A stretch of DNA of 16,121 nt from positions 1 through 16,121 of the forward strand of contig CAZRCN010000019.1 of NCBI GenBank assembly GCA_964598575.1. Reading direction: 5' to 3'. Under the pieces are notes generated by a model, which was not told the DNA's origin, ran no database searches, and saw only the letters and a list, made by a program, of their open reading frames with translations. The DNA comes from an uncultured Victivallales bacterium. Its GTDB lineage: Bacteria > Verrucomicrobiota > Kiritimatiellia > UBA8416. Every line of letters starts with the position of its first letter. The stretch's first letter is position 1. The translations under genes and the position numbers were made by a program. Shown piece by piece: positions 16,033 to 16,121 of this stretch.

Positions 16033-16067
16033 ACCGCCTTGTGCCGATAGCATGATGAGGCGGTTTT
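16033..16067 (+). terminator. Terminator-like hairpin on the + strand: stem ACCGCCT / AGGCGGT (7 bp) with an 18-nt loop, followed by TTTT.
   Basis: Read directly. There is no + strand gene upstream of it in the window. It lies in the leader of a + strand gene whose RBS (GAAAGGAGA) sits at the window end. Confidence 0.25.
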
Positions 16068-16121
16068 ACATAGGCTTGCATCACATTGGAAAAGGTAGCA
16101 ACACGAAACAGCGAAAGGAGA

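Noticed and set aside
1-16121. CRISPR arrays, rRNA or tRNA genes, and transposase or integrase genes
   Set aside because: I found no regularly spaced repeat-spacer structure. No ORF shows DDE, tyrosine or serine recombinase motifs. No tRNA-like cloverleaf or rRNA-like segment was noticed by eye. The only mobile-element-like signal is the inverted repeat in 1-280, which I reported as uncertain.

Overview
This is a bacterial chromosomal segment of about 58% GC with AGGAGG-type ribosome-binding sites. A TolC-family outer-membrane gene implies a diderm organism. I support 15 protein-coding genes from the sequence. The most distinctive block, 2103-5690 on the + strand, is a family-1 encapsulin nanocompartment operon: an encapsulated ferritin-like cargo (EncFtn) carrying a C-terminal GSLGIG targeting peptide, then the HK97-fold shell protein. 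After a repeat-bearing 167-bp spacer come three more genes: a PflA/AmmeMemoRadiSam-like radical SAM enzyme, a COG1926-type phosphoribosyltransferase whose start overlaps the radical SAM stop, and an HPF(RaiA)-cold-shock-domain fusion. On the opposite strand sits a DUF2267-VIT1/CCC1 iron-transporter pair. Next comes a TolC-adaptor-RND efflux operon with overlapping stop and start codons, then a tandem-domain universal stress protein. Downstream of a class I fructose-bisphosphate aldolase (FbaB) is a class-I pyridine-nucleotide-disulfide oxidoreductase that looks disrupted by an internal deletion and frameshift. The window opens with an AT-rich island containing a 23-bp imperfect inverted repeat, followed by a repeat-rich GC leader, then a hypothetical protein and a convergent ExoD-family membrane protein. 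I found no rRNA, tRNA, CRISPR array or clear transposase. The gene content (EncFtn, VIT, USP, HPF, PRTase, DUF2267) looks like an iron/oxidative-stress or dormancy-type locus. The encapsulin-to-radical-SAM linkage is the item I would follow up first.
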